A stretch of 64,000 bases of DNA, taken from assembly GCA_037917675.1 (NCBI GenBank), contig JAVCBW010000034.1, forward strand, positions 20,489 through 84,488. Direction: 5' to 3'. The number at the start of each line of letters is the position of its first letter. Positions within the stretch are counted from its first letter, which is position 1. Of the stretch, positions 55,888-64,000 are shown piece by piece. The translations under genes and the position numbers were made by a program. The stretch is from Thermoproteota archaeon. Lineage in GTDB: Archaea; Korarchaeota; Korarchaeia; B14-G2. A model generated the notes under the pieces. It saw only the letters and a list, made by a program, of their open reading frames with translations, did no database searches and was not told the DNA's origin.

Positions 55888-56865
55888 ATGGGGCTATGGA
55901 AACTGAGGCTATCCATGTTAGGTACTCTAGCCTTGATCATAGGGATATCAACCTTGCTGTTCACAGTAGTGCTGAGCTACATAGGTACCTTAAGCCTCTT
56001 CTCACTGGCCACATTCGTGGTAGGCTTCAACCTACTCCAGTGGCTTATCGCACCATACATCATAGACATGATGTATGGTGTGAGAGAGGCTCCTAGGGAA
56101 AGCTACCCCCAGCTCTATAGGATGGTAGAGGAGATATCCTCTAGGGCAGGTGTCAGGACGCCTAGGGTGATGATAGCTAGACTACCTGTCCCAAATGCCT
56201 TCGCCTATGGGTCGCCGATAGCTGGGACGAGGGTAGCTGTCACAGAGGCTCTACTGAGCACCCTCGAGGAAGAGGAGGTAGAAGCTGTGATAGGGCATGA
56301 GCTAGGGCACATAAAGCACAGAGACATGCAGGTGATGATGTTTGCATCAGTTCTGCCAGCAATCTTCTACTACATAGGCTACAGCCTCATGCTCTCATCA
56401 TGGTATAGAGGTGGGAGAGAAGAGGAGCAGGGGCCTTCAGCTGCTCTGCTAGGCTTCCTCTTCATGGCAGTCTACTGGGTCCTGACCATGCTAGTCTTAC
56501 ACCTCAGTAGGCTCAGAGAATACTATGCTGACAGGTTCAGTGCTGAGAACGTCTATGATGGGGCAAGGAAGCTGATGGAGGCGCTAGCCAAGATAGTGGC
56601 CTTCACAGGCAGGCTTAGATCCAATCTGGCTTCAGAGGGAGCTAGAGTAGGGAGCTTTAAAGCCCTGTTCATAAGCGACCCAGATACAGCAGACAGAGAT
56701 CTCACCTACCTGAGAGGCTATATGAGAGACCAGGAGCTGGTCAAGCAGATCATGTCTAGAGGGATAACTACAGCAGAGAGAATAGCTGAGCTATTCTCAA
56801 CACACCCGAACATAGTGAAGAGGCTGAGAGCTCTACAGGAGATAGCTGGGATAGCATACGTGTAG
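55888..56865 (+). CDS. htpX: M48-family zinc metalloprotease HtpX
   Basis: HELGHIKH zinc motif, N-terminal TM helices; ORF opens at 55864. Confidence 0.8.
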   Translation: MGLWKLRLSMLGTLALIIGISTLLFTVVLSYIGTLSLFSLATFVVGFNLLQWLIAPYIIDMMYGVREAPRESYPQLYRMVEEISSRAGVRTPRVMIARLPVPNAFAYGSPIAGTRVAVTEALLSTLEEEEVEAVIGHELGHIKHRDMQVMMFASVLPAIFYYIGYSLMLSSWYRGGREEEQGPSAALLGFLFMAVYWVLTMLVLHLSRLREYYADRFSAENVYDGARKLMEALAKIVAFTGRLRSNLASEGARVGSFKALFISDPDTADRDLTYLRGYMRDQELVKQIMSRGITTAERIAELFSTHPNIVKRLRALQEIAGIAYV

Positions 56866-56872
56866 ACCAGCT

Positions 56873-57475
56873 ATGGGCTGGCTCACACCATTCTCACAGC
56901 CAGCTAAGCCAGTCCCCTGGAGGAGAATAAGGTCATGGGCATGTACTAGCTGCGGAGAGTGCTGTAGACACTTCCGTGTCCCACTGGCTCCACTAGAGTA
57001 TGCTAGGATCCTCAGAGTATTTGGGTCATGGCCTATTGAGATCAGGATAGGGAGAGCATATCTGAGGAAGAAGCCTGATGGCAGATGTGTGTTCCAGTAC
57101 AGGCTTGGTGGAGTGTGGCTCTGTGGTATCCAGAGCTTCAAGCCTCTGGCATGTAAGCTCTGGCCTATCAAGCCTCTTGAGAAGCCTAAGTATGGGAGAA
57201 GTCAGGAGGCAGCCTTCTACTCTAGGCATGGAGAGTTCTATGTCTACCTAGATCCAAGATGTCCTGGAGTGGAGCTAGGTGAGCCTACACCTAAGCTGGC
57301 TACAGCCATAGCTGAGGCTATAGACCTCATGTATAATCTAAGCAGACCTCAGAAGTACACTACATCACAGCTTGCTCCTCTTCAGGTAGCTGGAGTAGGA
57401 GTACATGGCCTTGAGCACCCTAGCACACTCCTCTATGCTCCAATACGTAGGTATCCTCATGGATTCCAGCCTTGA
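56873..57475 (+). CDS. YkgJ-type CxxCxxCC cysteine-cluster protein
   Basis: 200 aa; WACTSCGECCRHF motif; 3' 111 nt overlap the converging disrupted ACD gene. Confidence 0.55.
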   Translation: MGWLTPFSQPAKPVPWRRIRSWACTSCGECCRHFRVPLAPLEYARILRVFGSWPIEIRIGRAYLRKKPDGRCVFQYRLGGVWLCGIQSFKPLACKLWPIKPLEKPKYGRSQEAAFYSRHGEFYVYLDPRCPGVELGEPTPKLATAIAEAIDLMYNLSRPQKYTTSQLAPLQVAGVGVHGLEHPSTLLYAPIRRYPHGFQP

Positions 57476-58777
57476 TGCAGCTAGCTCAGCGCTCTCCTTG
57501 TCCCCGTGTACATAGGCCACCAGAGGCTTCCCAGCCTCCCTAGATGGCTCCATGAAGCCTCTCCTAAGCCTCTCCTCCTCTATCAGAGGCCTTGTCCACC
57601 CGCCCATGCACAGCAAGATCGCTATACAGGCATCTACACCAGGGTCCTTGAGAACTTCTCTCAGAGCAGCTTCATAGCAGCTGACGCCAACAGACTCATA
57701 GAGTGGCTCAACATCCACGAATAGGCCGACTCTAGCCCACCTAGGCATCATCTCCTCAATCCTCCTCTTGACTCCATCTGAGAGCTCAGCCACTTTGAGG
57801 CCCATGTTGGAGACAGCATCAGAGGCTAAGACTCCTCCTGCGCCAGTCATGCTCACGGCAGCTACTCTCGGCCCTCTTGGGAGAGGCTGCATGAGGAGGC
57901 CCTTAGCTATACTGAACATCTCACCCATGGAGCTTGCTCTGATGACTCCTGCCTGCAGGCTGCTGAAAACACCCTGTCATCTCCAGCTAGCGACCCCGTA
58001 TGCGTCATTGCAGCTCTAGCTCCAGCTGCAGTCCTACCTGCCTTCAAGACTATCACAGGCTTCCTAGCAGTAACCCTCTTAGCGACTTCAAGAAACTTTC
58101 TTCCATCTGAAACACTCTCTAGATAAGCTGCTATCACCTTAGTCTCATCATCTCTTCCAAGATACTCAAGAGCCTCCCACTCTGAGACATCACACTTGTT
58201 TCCAAGCCCACAGACCTTAGCTACGCCAAAGGGCTGAGTGGTGAGCATCCAGCTCAGGGTTGCACCAGCAAACAGTCCAGTCTGAGCTATGAATGAAACT
58301 CCCCCCTTTCTGAGCCCCTCCAGTGGGACAAAGCTCGTAGTGAACATGTTTGATGTGTCGAGTATCCCAGTCGTGTTAGGGCCTATTATCCTCATCCCAG
58401 CCTTCCTAGCCACCTCGAGAAGCTCCTTCTCAAGCTCCTCCCTCCTCTCCAGTTTCCTTGAAGCCTGAGCTGACCACCACAAGCCCCTTGACCCCCTTAT
58501 CAGCACATTCCCTAGCAGCCTGAGGTACTCTGTCAGCTGGGATAGCTATGATAGCCACATCGACTTCATCTGGCACATCAAGTATACTCCTATAGGCCTT
58601 GAGCCCCTGGATATAGCCTCCCTTCACATTCACAGCATAAACCCTCCCCTTATACCCTAGTGTGAGCAGGTTTCTCAGCAGGTAGTACCCAAACTTCCCC
58701 TCCTTGCCTGATGCTCCTATCACAGCTACACTCCTAGGCTCGAAGAAGAAGCCTATCCCAGGCATCAGAGCCTCCAT
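57365..58777 (-). pseudogene. ADP-forming acetyl-CoA synthetase (ACD) alpha-type subunit, broken by two frame changes
   Basis: Three consecutive ORFs (58777-58430, 58506-57907, 57928-57365) read as one protein. Motifs: SVAVIGASGKEG CoA-binding, RIIGPNTTG, MTHTGSLAG. Breaks near 58440-58442 and 57951-57953. Confidence 0.7.
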
Positions 58778-58896
58778 GGCAAAGCTATTTAAGCCATTAC
58801 ACGCATCTATAGGCTTCCCACGTTAGATCCTTGAGAGCATGCTTCTGCTGGATCCTGCAGCGTAGCTGGCTTGAGGGGCTTTGAGGGCAGGATATT

Positions 58897-58904
58897 CTTA
58901 AATA
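58897..58904 (+). promoter_or_regulatory. TATA-like box (CTTAAATA) of the C/D-box sRNA
   Basis: Centre lies about 26 nt upstream of the C box at 58927. Confidence 0.5.
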
Positions 58905-58926
58905 CAGCCTCTACAGGCGCTAGCTG

Positions 58927-58975
58927 GTGATGAAGACTGGGACAGCTGACAGGTGATGAGTTTGCCGATTACTGA
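58927..58975 (+). ncRNA. C/D-box sRNA (2'-O-methylation guide)
   Basis: GTGATGA (C, 58927-33), 12 nt, CTGA (D', 58946-49), 3 nt, GTGATGA (C', 58953-59), 12 nt, CTGA (D, 58972-75); canonical archaeal spacing. Confidence 0.85.
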
Positions 58976-58977
58976 GC

Positions 58978-59463
58978 CTACCTCATCTTACCCTCCTCAA
59001 CTGAGCTCAGTATGATCGCAACTACATCAGATACATACCTTATCACCTTGCTTACCTGCTTCTTCACAACTCTATAGCTGAGGACACCATCATAGAAGCC
59101 ATCTAGCATGAGGATCTTCTCGAGAGCAGCAAACCTCTCTGGGAGGTTGAAGGCCTCGATGATGTGGCTGTTCTCTGCTAGGCTCCAAAGCCTTTCCATT
59201 CTCTCCTTAGAAGTCTTCGGCACTCCAAGCCCATAGGCGGCGAGCAGGGCGTCTGTTGCCTTAGATATGGAAAGCCATGCATTAGCACATGCTGCTCTGA
59301 TTGATGGGGTTCTACCTCCTATGCTTGCCTTAATGTCATTTACAGCTTGGAAGACCAGGTCCACAGCCTCATGGAGGAGGCTGTAGACGACGTTAGGACC
59401 TTTCTCCATCTCCTCTTTAGCTCTAGCAAGCATTTCCTCAAGCTCTCCTGATGGGGCTGCCAA
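58978..59463 (-). CDS. All-helical hypothetical protein (possibly HEPN/PaREP1-like)
   Basis: 161-aa ORF, TTG start, with TATA-like TTTTAAGATATAT (minus strand) at about 59488-59500; family guess only. Confidence 0.35.
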   Translation of the reverse strand: MAAPSGELEEMLARAKEEMEKGPNVVYSLLHEAVDLVFQAVNDIKASIGGRTPSIRAACANAWLSISKATDALLAAYGLGVPKTSKERMERLWSLAENSHIIEAFNLPERFAALEKILMLDGFYDGVLSYRVVKKQVSKVIRYVSDVVAIILSSVEEGKMR

Positions 59464-59547
59464 CAGATCCCTGGTACCATCTAGCTCATATATCTTAAAA
59501 CCTTTAGCTAGCTACTCTAGCACCTATGTCTCTCAGCTTCTGCTTGG

Positions 59548-59561
59548 ATAAAATTTTTAAC
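59548..59561 (+). promoter_or_regulatory. AT-rich TATA region (ATAAAATTTTTAAC)
   Basis: Centre lies about 29 nt upstream of the TTG start at 59584. Confidence 0.45.
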
Positions 59562-59583
59562 GTGCTAGCATCTAGGGGATGCC

Positions 59584-59928
59584 TTGCCTGCTAAGGTAGC
59601 TCACTTCACTCAGGTTGAGGAGCAGGTCTTTGAGGAACCTTCTGCTAGAGGCCTGAAGGTCAGGTGGCTGATTACGAGAGAGGATGGGGCAGAGAACTTT
59701 GCCATGAGGCTCTTCGAGCTAGAGCCACAGGGTTACTCTCCACATCACACACACGACTGGGAGCATGAGGTATACGTGCTAGAAGGTAGGGGTGTCATCA
59801 AGATAGGTGATGTAGAGCATGAGGTTGAGCCAGGATACTTCGCCTTCATACCGCCAAACGAGCCACATAGCATAATCAACAGAGGAGATAAGCCTCTAAG
59901 GTTCCTCTGCCTCATACCATATAAGTAG
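59584..59928 (+). CDS. Cupin-domain protein
   Basis: 114 aa; cupin motif 1 HHTHDWEHEVYVLEGRG and motif 2 GYFAFIPPNEPH. Confidence 0.75.
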   Translation: MPAKVAHFTQVEEQVFEEPSARGLKVRWLITREDGAENFAMRLFELEPQGYSPHHTHDWEHEVYVLEGRGVIKIGDVEHEVEPGYFAFIPPNEPHSIINRGDKPLRFLCLIPYK

Positions 59929-61036
59929 CAGCTAATCTCCTCAGCCTCTTCAGTGCATCCAGCTTCTCTCTCTTCTTAGCGTCAGCTCTCTCGAGCGCTG
60001 TGGTCAGGAAGTCTATTGCTTCATCTAGAGCCCTCCTGTCTACAGGGAATGGCACCCCATCTTTCCCGCCGAATGCGAAGCTGAACTTAGCTGGGTCTCT
60101 CCAGCTCGCCTTCTCGCCATAGACTAGCTCAGCTATCAGAGCTAGCCCTCTAACTGTAGCAGGCCCAATCCCCCTTATCTCTATGAGCTCCTCATACCTG
60201 CTAGGCTGAAGCTGGTAGGCCTCCTCTAGAGCTCTCCAGTTTATGCTCCAAGGCATCTTCAGGTAGCTTGCTCCAGCCTCCCCTCCAGGAATCCACTTCA
60301 GAAGGGTCTTCTGACCCCCTATAAGCTCATCTATGAGCCTAGCTACCCTCCTAGGCCCCTCCCTAGCTAGGTCTAGGGAGGCCCTCCTGGCGCCCTCACT
60401 TTCACCTGCAGTCATGTCTAGCACACTCTTCCTGACCTTCTCAGCTACTATAGCTGTGTGAGGCTCTTCTGTGAAGCTTCTCAGCCTAGCTGAAAGCCAG
60501 TGGTATCTCCTAGCTGTCTTGTCAGCTGGGCTCATACCCTGCTGAACCACAGTCCACAGCCCACTTTCAGCGAAGACGAAGGCATGGTGGTAGAGCTGGT
60601 AGCCATCTTGCACACATGCGTTATCGACTTTGGCAGCAAGCCTGCTAGCCCTAGTGAGCTCGCCTGCGAGCTCCATGACACCCATCTTCCTACAGGCCTC
60701 CTCTATGTCAGCTGGAGCTCTCAAGCTAGCTTTACCCTTCCCACCACAGACTGCCACCCCATGCTCAGCTGGGTCTATAGCCTCTCTAAGTGCTGCAGTG
60801 ACTACTGTGGTGAGCCCAGAGGAGTGCCAGTCGAAGCCTAGCACACACCCTAGTGCCTGGAACCAGAATGGGTCTGCTAGCCTAGCTACAAGCTCCTCAC
60901 TACCATACTCTGAGGTCACGACAGAGACTAAAGCTCTAGCTAACTTAACCATCCTAGAGAAAAGCCACCTGGGAACCCAGCCTCCATGGAGAGGTAAGTC
61001 TGCTATCCCAGTTAAGCTCAACCCTGACCCTACCAT
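59912..61036 (-). CDS. DUF763-like protein with helix-hairpin-helix motif
   Basis: 374 aa; N-terminal IADLPLHGGWVPRWLFSRM as I recall for DUF763; HhH-like IRGIGPATVRGL. Confidence 0.55.
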   Translation of the reverse strand: MVGSGLSLTGIADLPLHGGWVPRWLFSRMVKLARALVSVVTSEYGSEELVARLADPFWFQALGCVLGFDWHSSGLTTVVTAALREAIDPAEHGVAVCGGKGKASLRAPADIEEACRKMGVMELAGELTRASRLAAKVDNACVQDGYQLYHHAFVFAESGLWTVVQQGMSPADKTARRYHWLSARLRSFTEEPHTAIVAEKVRKSVLDMTAGESEGARRASLDLAREGPRRVARLIDELIGGQKTLLKWIPGGEAGASYLKMPWSINWRALEEAYQLQPSRYEELIEIRGIGPATVRGLALIAELVYGEKASWRDPAKFSFAFGGKDGVPFPVDRRALDEAIDFLTTALERADAKKREKLDALKRLRRLAATYMV

Positions 61037-61182
61037 ATAGCTGCAGCTACAGTATAAATGTACCCACTAGCTCAGGCCTCTGGGCCACTAAGGTCATGAG
61101 CAGAAGCCCCAGCTCCAGAGGCTACATGCGCCAGCTGCTCTCTGAGCCCTCACCTCCAGCCTTCAGTTGCAGCTGCAAGCAT

Positions 61183-61192
61183 CTTTTTAAGC
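61183..61192 (+). promoter_or_regulatory. TATA-like box (CTTTTTAAGC)
   Basis: Centre lies about 27 nt upstream of ATG 61215, predicting a leaderless mRNA. Confidence 0.45.
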
Positions 61193-61214
61193 TATCTCAT
61201 CTACAGTGATCGGC

Positions 61215-62459
61215 ATGCTAGATCTCTCTCAGGTATTCAGGCAGCTTGAGCTCAAGCTAAGTGTGCTCAAGAGAGGAGTAGAGAGCTACCCTGAGCTGCT
61301 AGACAAGCTGGCTAAGGTGCTCAGCAGCCCTCTGCCAAGCAGAGATGATGTCCTATCTCTGCTAACCGGAGATAGGAGCTGCCTAGCTCTGCTAGGAGAC
61401 CTAGCTCTCCCAACTAGTGAGTGGGGTGTGCCCTCCATCCCACCCAGCTTCAGGGTTGGCGCATTCAGTGCAGGTGAGACCTGGGCTCTAGAGGCCTTAG
61501 AGGATGCAACCGTGATCGCGACAGACTCAGGGATCATCACACCAGACCACCACATCCTACCTCTCATGGCAGTCTTGAATAAGGGCTACTATGCAGCATA
61601 CTACAGGAGAGCAGGGACATCTTGCCTTGAGGGCTCTGAGTGTGAGCTTAGGGTTGGAGAGGAGCTGTACCTACAGCGTGGAGGAGAGCTGAGGCTGATG
61701 AACTGGGCTGACAGAGATGCCTGGGCATATGAAGGAGAGCTCTCCATCGCAGTCAAGGCAGCTGAGCAGGTTAAGGGCTCTAGGCCAGCAGTCCTCCTCC
61801 TAGACAGGCCTCTGTCTCTGACTTATGCCATGGACAGGAGGCACTTGGATAAAGCTAAGCTCATAGCTGTAGTGAGGAAGTGGCTTCCAAAGCTGAGAGA
61901 GGCTGAGATCATACCTGCTGGAGTCTACTTCTCAGCTGCAAGGTCCCTGTGCAACACTCTGGTTAGAGCTGTGCTGTGCTCTAAGGTGGCCTCATGCTCA
62001 AGCTGCAGATCTACATGGAGAGCTAGGGCGAGTCCTCCTCTCTGCCGTGAGGCTGTTGCAGTCAATGATTCGCTCCTCTACTCGAAGCTACTGAATCCAG
62101 GTGAGAGGTCTCCTCTCCTCAAGGCCTACAACAAGGCTACAGCAAAGACGCTGGACATACTGTTCTTCTACTTGAAGGCTGGTGAAGGCGTGCTTAGAGT
62201 GGAGATCCCAGAGTGGGCTATGGCAGAAGCTGAGCTAGTGCATAGAGTAGTGTGTGCTCAAGCTGCTCTAGCTGGAGGATACCCCTACGCCATGGTGAGA
62301 GCACATGAGAATGCTGTAGTCACTGGAAGAGAGAGGTCTGCTTTCTATGAGCTTGTAGACAGGTTCCTAGCATCCAGGGGGATAACCCCCCCTGGAGGAA
62401 GATCTCCTGGAGTCAAGCTAACTAGGAAGGCTAAGCTGAAGATGAGGACGGTGATCTGA
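61215..62459 (+). CDS. NurA-like nuclease domain protein
   Basis: About 415 aa; VIATDSGII (NurA-type Asp motif) and C-terminal GGYPYAMVRAHENAVV; ORF opens at GTG 61206. Confidence 0.55.
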   Translation: MLDLSQVFRQLELKLSVLKRGVESYPELLDKLAKVLSSPLPSRDDVLSLLTGDRSCLALLGDLALPTSEWGVPSIPPSFRVGAFSAGETWALEALEDATVIATDSGIITPDHHILPLMAVLNKGYYAAYYRRAGTSCLEGSECELRVGEELYLQRGGELRLMNWADRDAWAYEGELSIAVKAAEQVKGSRPAVLLLDRPLSLTYAMDRRHLDKAKLIAVVRKWLPKLREAEIIPAGVYFSAARSLCNTLVRAVLCSKVASCSSCRSTWRARASPPLCREAVAVNDSLLYSKLLNPGERSPLLKAYNKATAKTLDILFFYLKAGEGVLRVEIPEWAMAEAELVHRVVCAQAALAGGYPYAMVRAHENAVVTGRERSAFYELVDRFLASRGITPPGGRSPGVKLTRKAKLKMRTVI

Positions 62460-63100
62460 TGTCATACCTAGATGAGTACTCTAGGCCTGATAGAGCCTTC
62501 GGAGAAGTCTTCACCTCAACCTTCACAGAGTTCTCAGTCCAGTCATACTCTCCAGCATACTCCTCGACACCAGAGTATGGCTCCCTGATAGCTGTGAACT
62601 GCGAGACCCTACTCATAATAGGCCTTGTTTACTCTTCAGAGGTTGTCTCAGCGACGGTCGTGGCATCTCTGCCGACACCACTCAGGAAGACTAGGAGAGA
62701 GATCCAGAGCATGTACCCAGATCTAGACTCCAGGCTGAGAGACGTGTACAGAGCTGTCTCAGTAGGCTACTATGATGGAAGCATGTTCTGGCATGACAGG
62801 CCTCCGAGAAAGCCTCTGGTACACGACCTAGCTTACCTGCCAGACACTAGGCTCATAAGGGAGTTCCATGGGACCCCGCCGAAGCTAGGCTACCTGCCGC
62901 TTGTCTTCGCCTCCCTGCCAGAGAGGGAGGCTCTGATGCTGACCAGAGGTCTAGCGAGGTTCCTTGCATCCAAGTTCAGGTCTCAAGAGGAGAGGGAGCA
63001 GCTTCTGAGGAGCGGAGTAGAGTCTCTGCAGGCATGGGGCTATGACGCAGAACTGATAGTTATGGTAAGCGAGATGCTCGAGTCGATGCTAAGCATGTAG
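62459..63100 (+). CDS. Hypothetical protein with HAS-barrel-like N-terminus
   Basis: 213 aa; ATG overlaps the NurA-like stop; FGEVFTSTFTEFSVQSY...EYGSLIAV...LIIGLVYSSEVV resembles the HerA N-terminal barrel pattern. Confidence 0.4.
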   Translation: MSYLDEYSRPDRAFGEVFTSTFTEFSVQSYSPAYSSTPEYGSLIAVNCETLLIIGLVYSSEVVSATVVASLPTPLRKTRREIQSMYPDLDSRLRDVYRAVSVGYYDGSMFWHDRPPRKPLVHDLAYLPDTRLIREFHGTPPKLGYLPLVFASLPEREALMLTRGLARFLASKFRSQEEREQLLRSGVESLQAWGYDAELIVMVSEMLESMLSM

Positions 63101-63159
63101 CCGCTGCCAGCTGCAGCAAAGTTTAGTAGCCTCCTGCCATAGGCTCATGTGGTGTCTTC

Positions 63160-64000
63160 ATGGGTAAGCTTAGGGTGTTTGGTGGAAGCTTATCCTCTGG
63201 CGTCTATGCTCGTATCCCACCTGGGTCATCTTCAGAAGACTATGCCATAGGCTCCATAGTAGCTGTCAGAGGGGTTAAGAAGACCTTTCTAGCTGTGGTC
63301 GGCGACATCCATCATAGGAGCGGGGTTACTGCAGCTGAGTCCCTGAGCGGGAGCCCTGAGCCTCCAGCTCAGGCGATAGCTCAGCTTAGAGGGAGGACTC
63401 TAGGCTCCATGGTCACCCTGATACCTGTAGCCCAAGCTGACAGCAGCGGTGAGGTAGAGGAGGCCACAACGATACCAGACTACCTCACAGAGGGATCTGA
63501 GCCGACTGAGGAGGAGGTGATAAGGTTCTATGGGACACCAGACTACAAGCTGAGGTGGCCAGTAGGCTCTCCAAAGAACTCTATGGCGCAGGTTCCACTC
63601 GACATAGATGCGCTGACTAGAGGCTGCTTTGGGATATTCGGGAAGAGCGGCACAGGAAAGACCTTCCTCGGGAACCTGATTGCAGCAGCCATAGCAGTAG
63701 CGTCAAGACGCATGGAGGGCCAGCCTCCAGTAAAGCTCCTAATACTAGACATGCATAGCGAGTATGCTCTTAAAGTCAAGGATCAGCTTGGAAGAGACTA
63801 CGAGAAGGGTGTAGGGCAGGCTCTAAGAGAGGAATTCATGTCCTACACGATAGACAGGGCTCTAGAGGCTGAGCATGGCCTCAGGATGTTCACTATACCA
63901 GTCAGAGCCCTCAGGATAGACGACATAGTAGCATGTGAAAAGGCTCTAGGCTTGACACCAAGGTTCATAGAGCTGCTCCCAAGCTTAGCTAGGAGGATAG
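63160..64000 (+). CDS. HerA-like (HAS-barrel + P-loop) ATPase, N-terminal 280 aa (3' end outside window)
   Basis: Not in the ORF track (no stop before window end); I translated it by hand with no in-frame stop. N-terminal barrel-like KLRVFGG...IGSIVAVRG...FLAVVGDI; Walker A FGIFGKSGTGKTFL. Confidence 0.6.
   Translation, partial: MGKLRVFGGSLSSGVYARIPPGSSSEDYAIGSIVAVRGVKKTFLAVVGDIHHRSGVTAAESLSGSPEPPAQAIAQLRGRTLGSMVTLIPVAQADSSGEVEEATTIPDYLTEGSEPTEEEVIRFYGTPDYKLRWPVGSPKNSMAQVPLDIDALTRGCFGIFGKSGTGKTFLGNLIAAAIAVASRRMEGQPPVKLLILDMHSEYALKVKDQLGRDYEKGVGQALREEFMSYTIDRALEAEHGLRMFTIPVRALRIDDIVACEKALGLTPRFIELLPSLARRI

Noticed and set aside
1-64000. CRISPR arrays, rRNA genes, transposases/integrases, prophage or plasmid genes
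   Set aside because: I found no regularly spaced direct repeats other than the 24-nt coding tandem repeat. I recognised no rRNA-like segments and no recombinase, transposase or capsid motifs in any ORF. The window looks like core chromosome.

Overview
This 64-kb stretch looks like archaeal chromosome, most consistent with a hyperthermophilic Thermoproteota (crenarchaeote-like) organism. Supporting signs: TTTAAA-type TATA boxes about 25-30 nt upstream of often leaderless, frequently GTG/TTG starts. Codon usage favours AGG/AGA (Arg), ATA (Ile) and CTA (Leu). There is a tRNA with a non-canonical intron, a C/D-box sRNA, CDC48, a GPN-loop GTPase and NurA/HerA-like genes. About 60 densely packed protein genes are present, mostly housekeeping, anaerobic redox and cofactor metabolism. 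They include CoaBC, an AOR-SCP2-ADH-radical SAM operon, a DJ-1/ThiI/NAD kinase/radical SAM operon, and NifX-like plus Mrp genes. Also present are hdrA-mvhD-hdrC-hdrB, 2-oxoacid dehydrogenase E1 alpha/beta, CcdA/TlpA, hutU/hutH, and tRNA-His next to hisS with a divergent EF-Tu/SelB-like GTPase. Further genes are SufCB, a NifX/MinD-ferredoxin/radical SAM/DUF5320-like cluster, hydantoinase A/B, DedA, GDT1, HtpX and a NurA-x-HerA-like module at the right edge. I saw no CRISPR array, rRNA, transposase or integrase. The items most worth a second look are: (1) an extremely Trp/Tyr-rich DUF5320-like mini-protein built on a 24-nt tandem repeat and split by a frame change, inside an uncharacterised metallocluster-type gene cluster; (2) a degenerate translational-GTPase paralogue translationally coupled to hisS; (3) a non-canonical NurA/HAS-barrel/HerA-like module; (4) a textbook C/D-box sRNA and a second candidate structured RNA; (5) an SD-sequestering hairpin before hyuA; (6) large insertions in HutH and HisRS; (7) five frame disruptions, most at short homopolymers. 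All calls come from reading motifs by eye. No database or folding computation was possible, and start codons are approximate.
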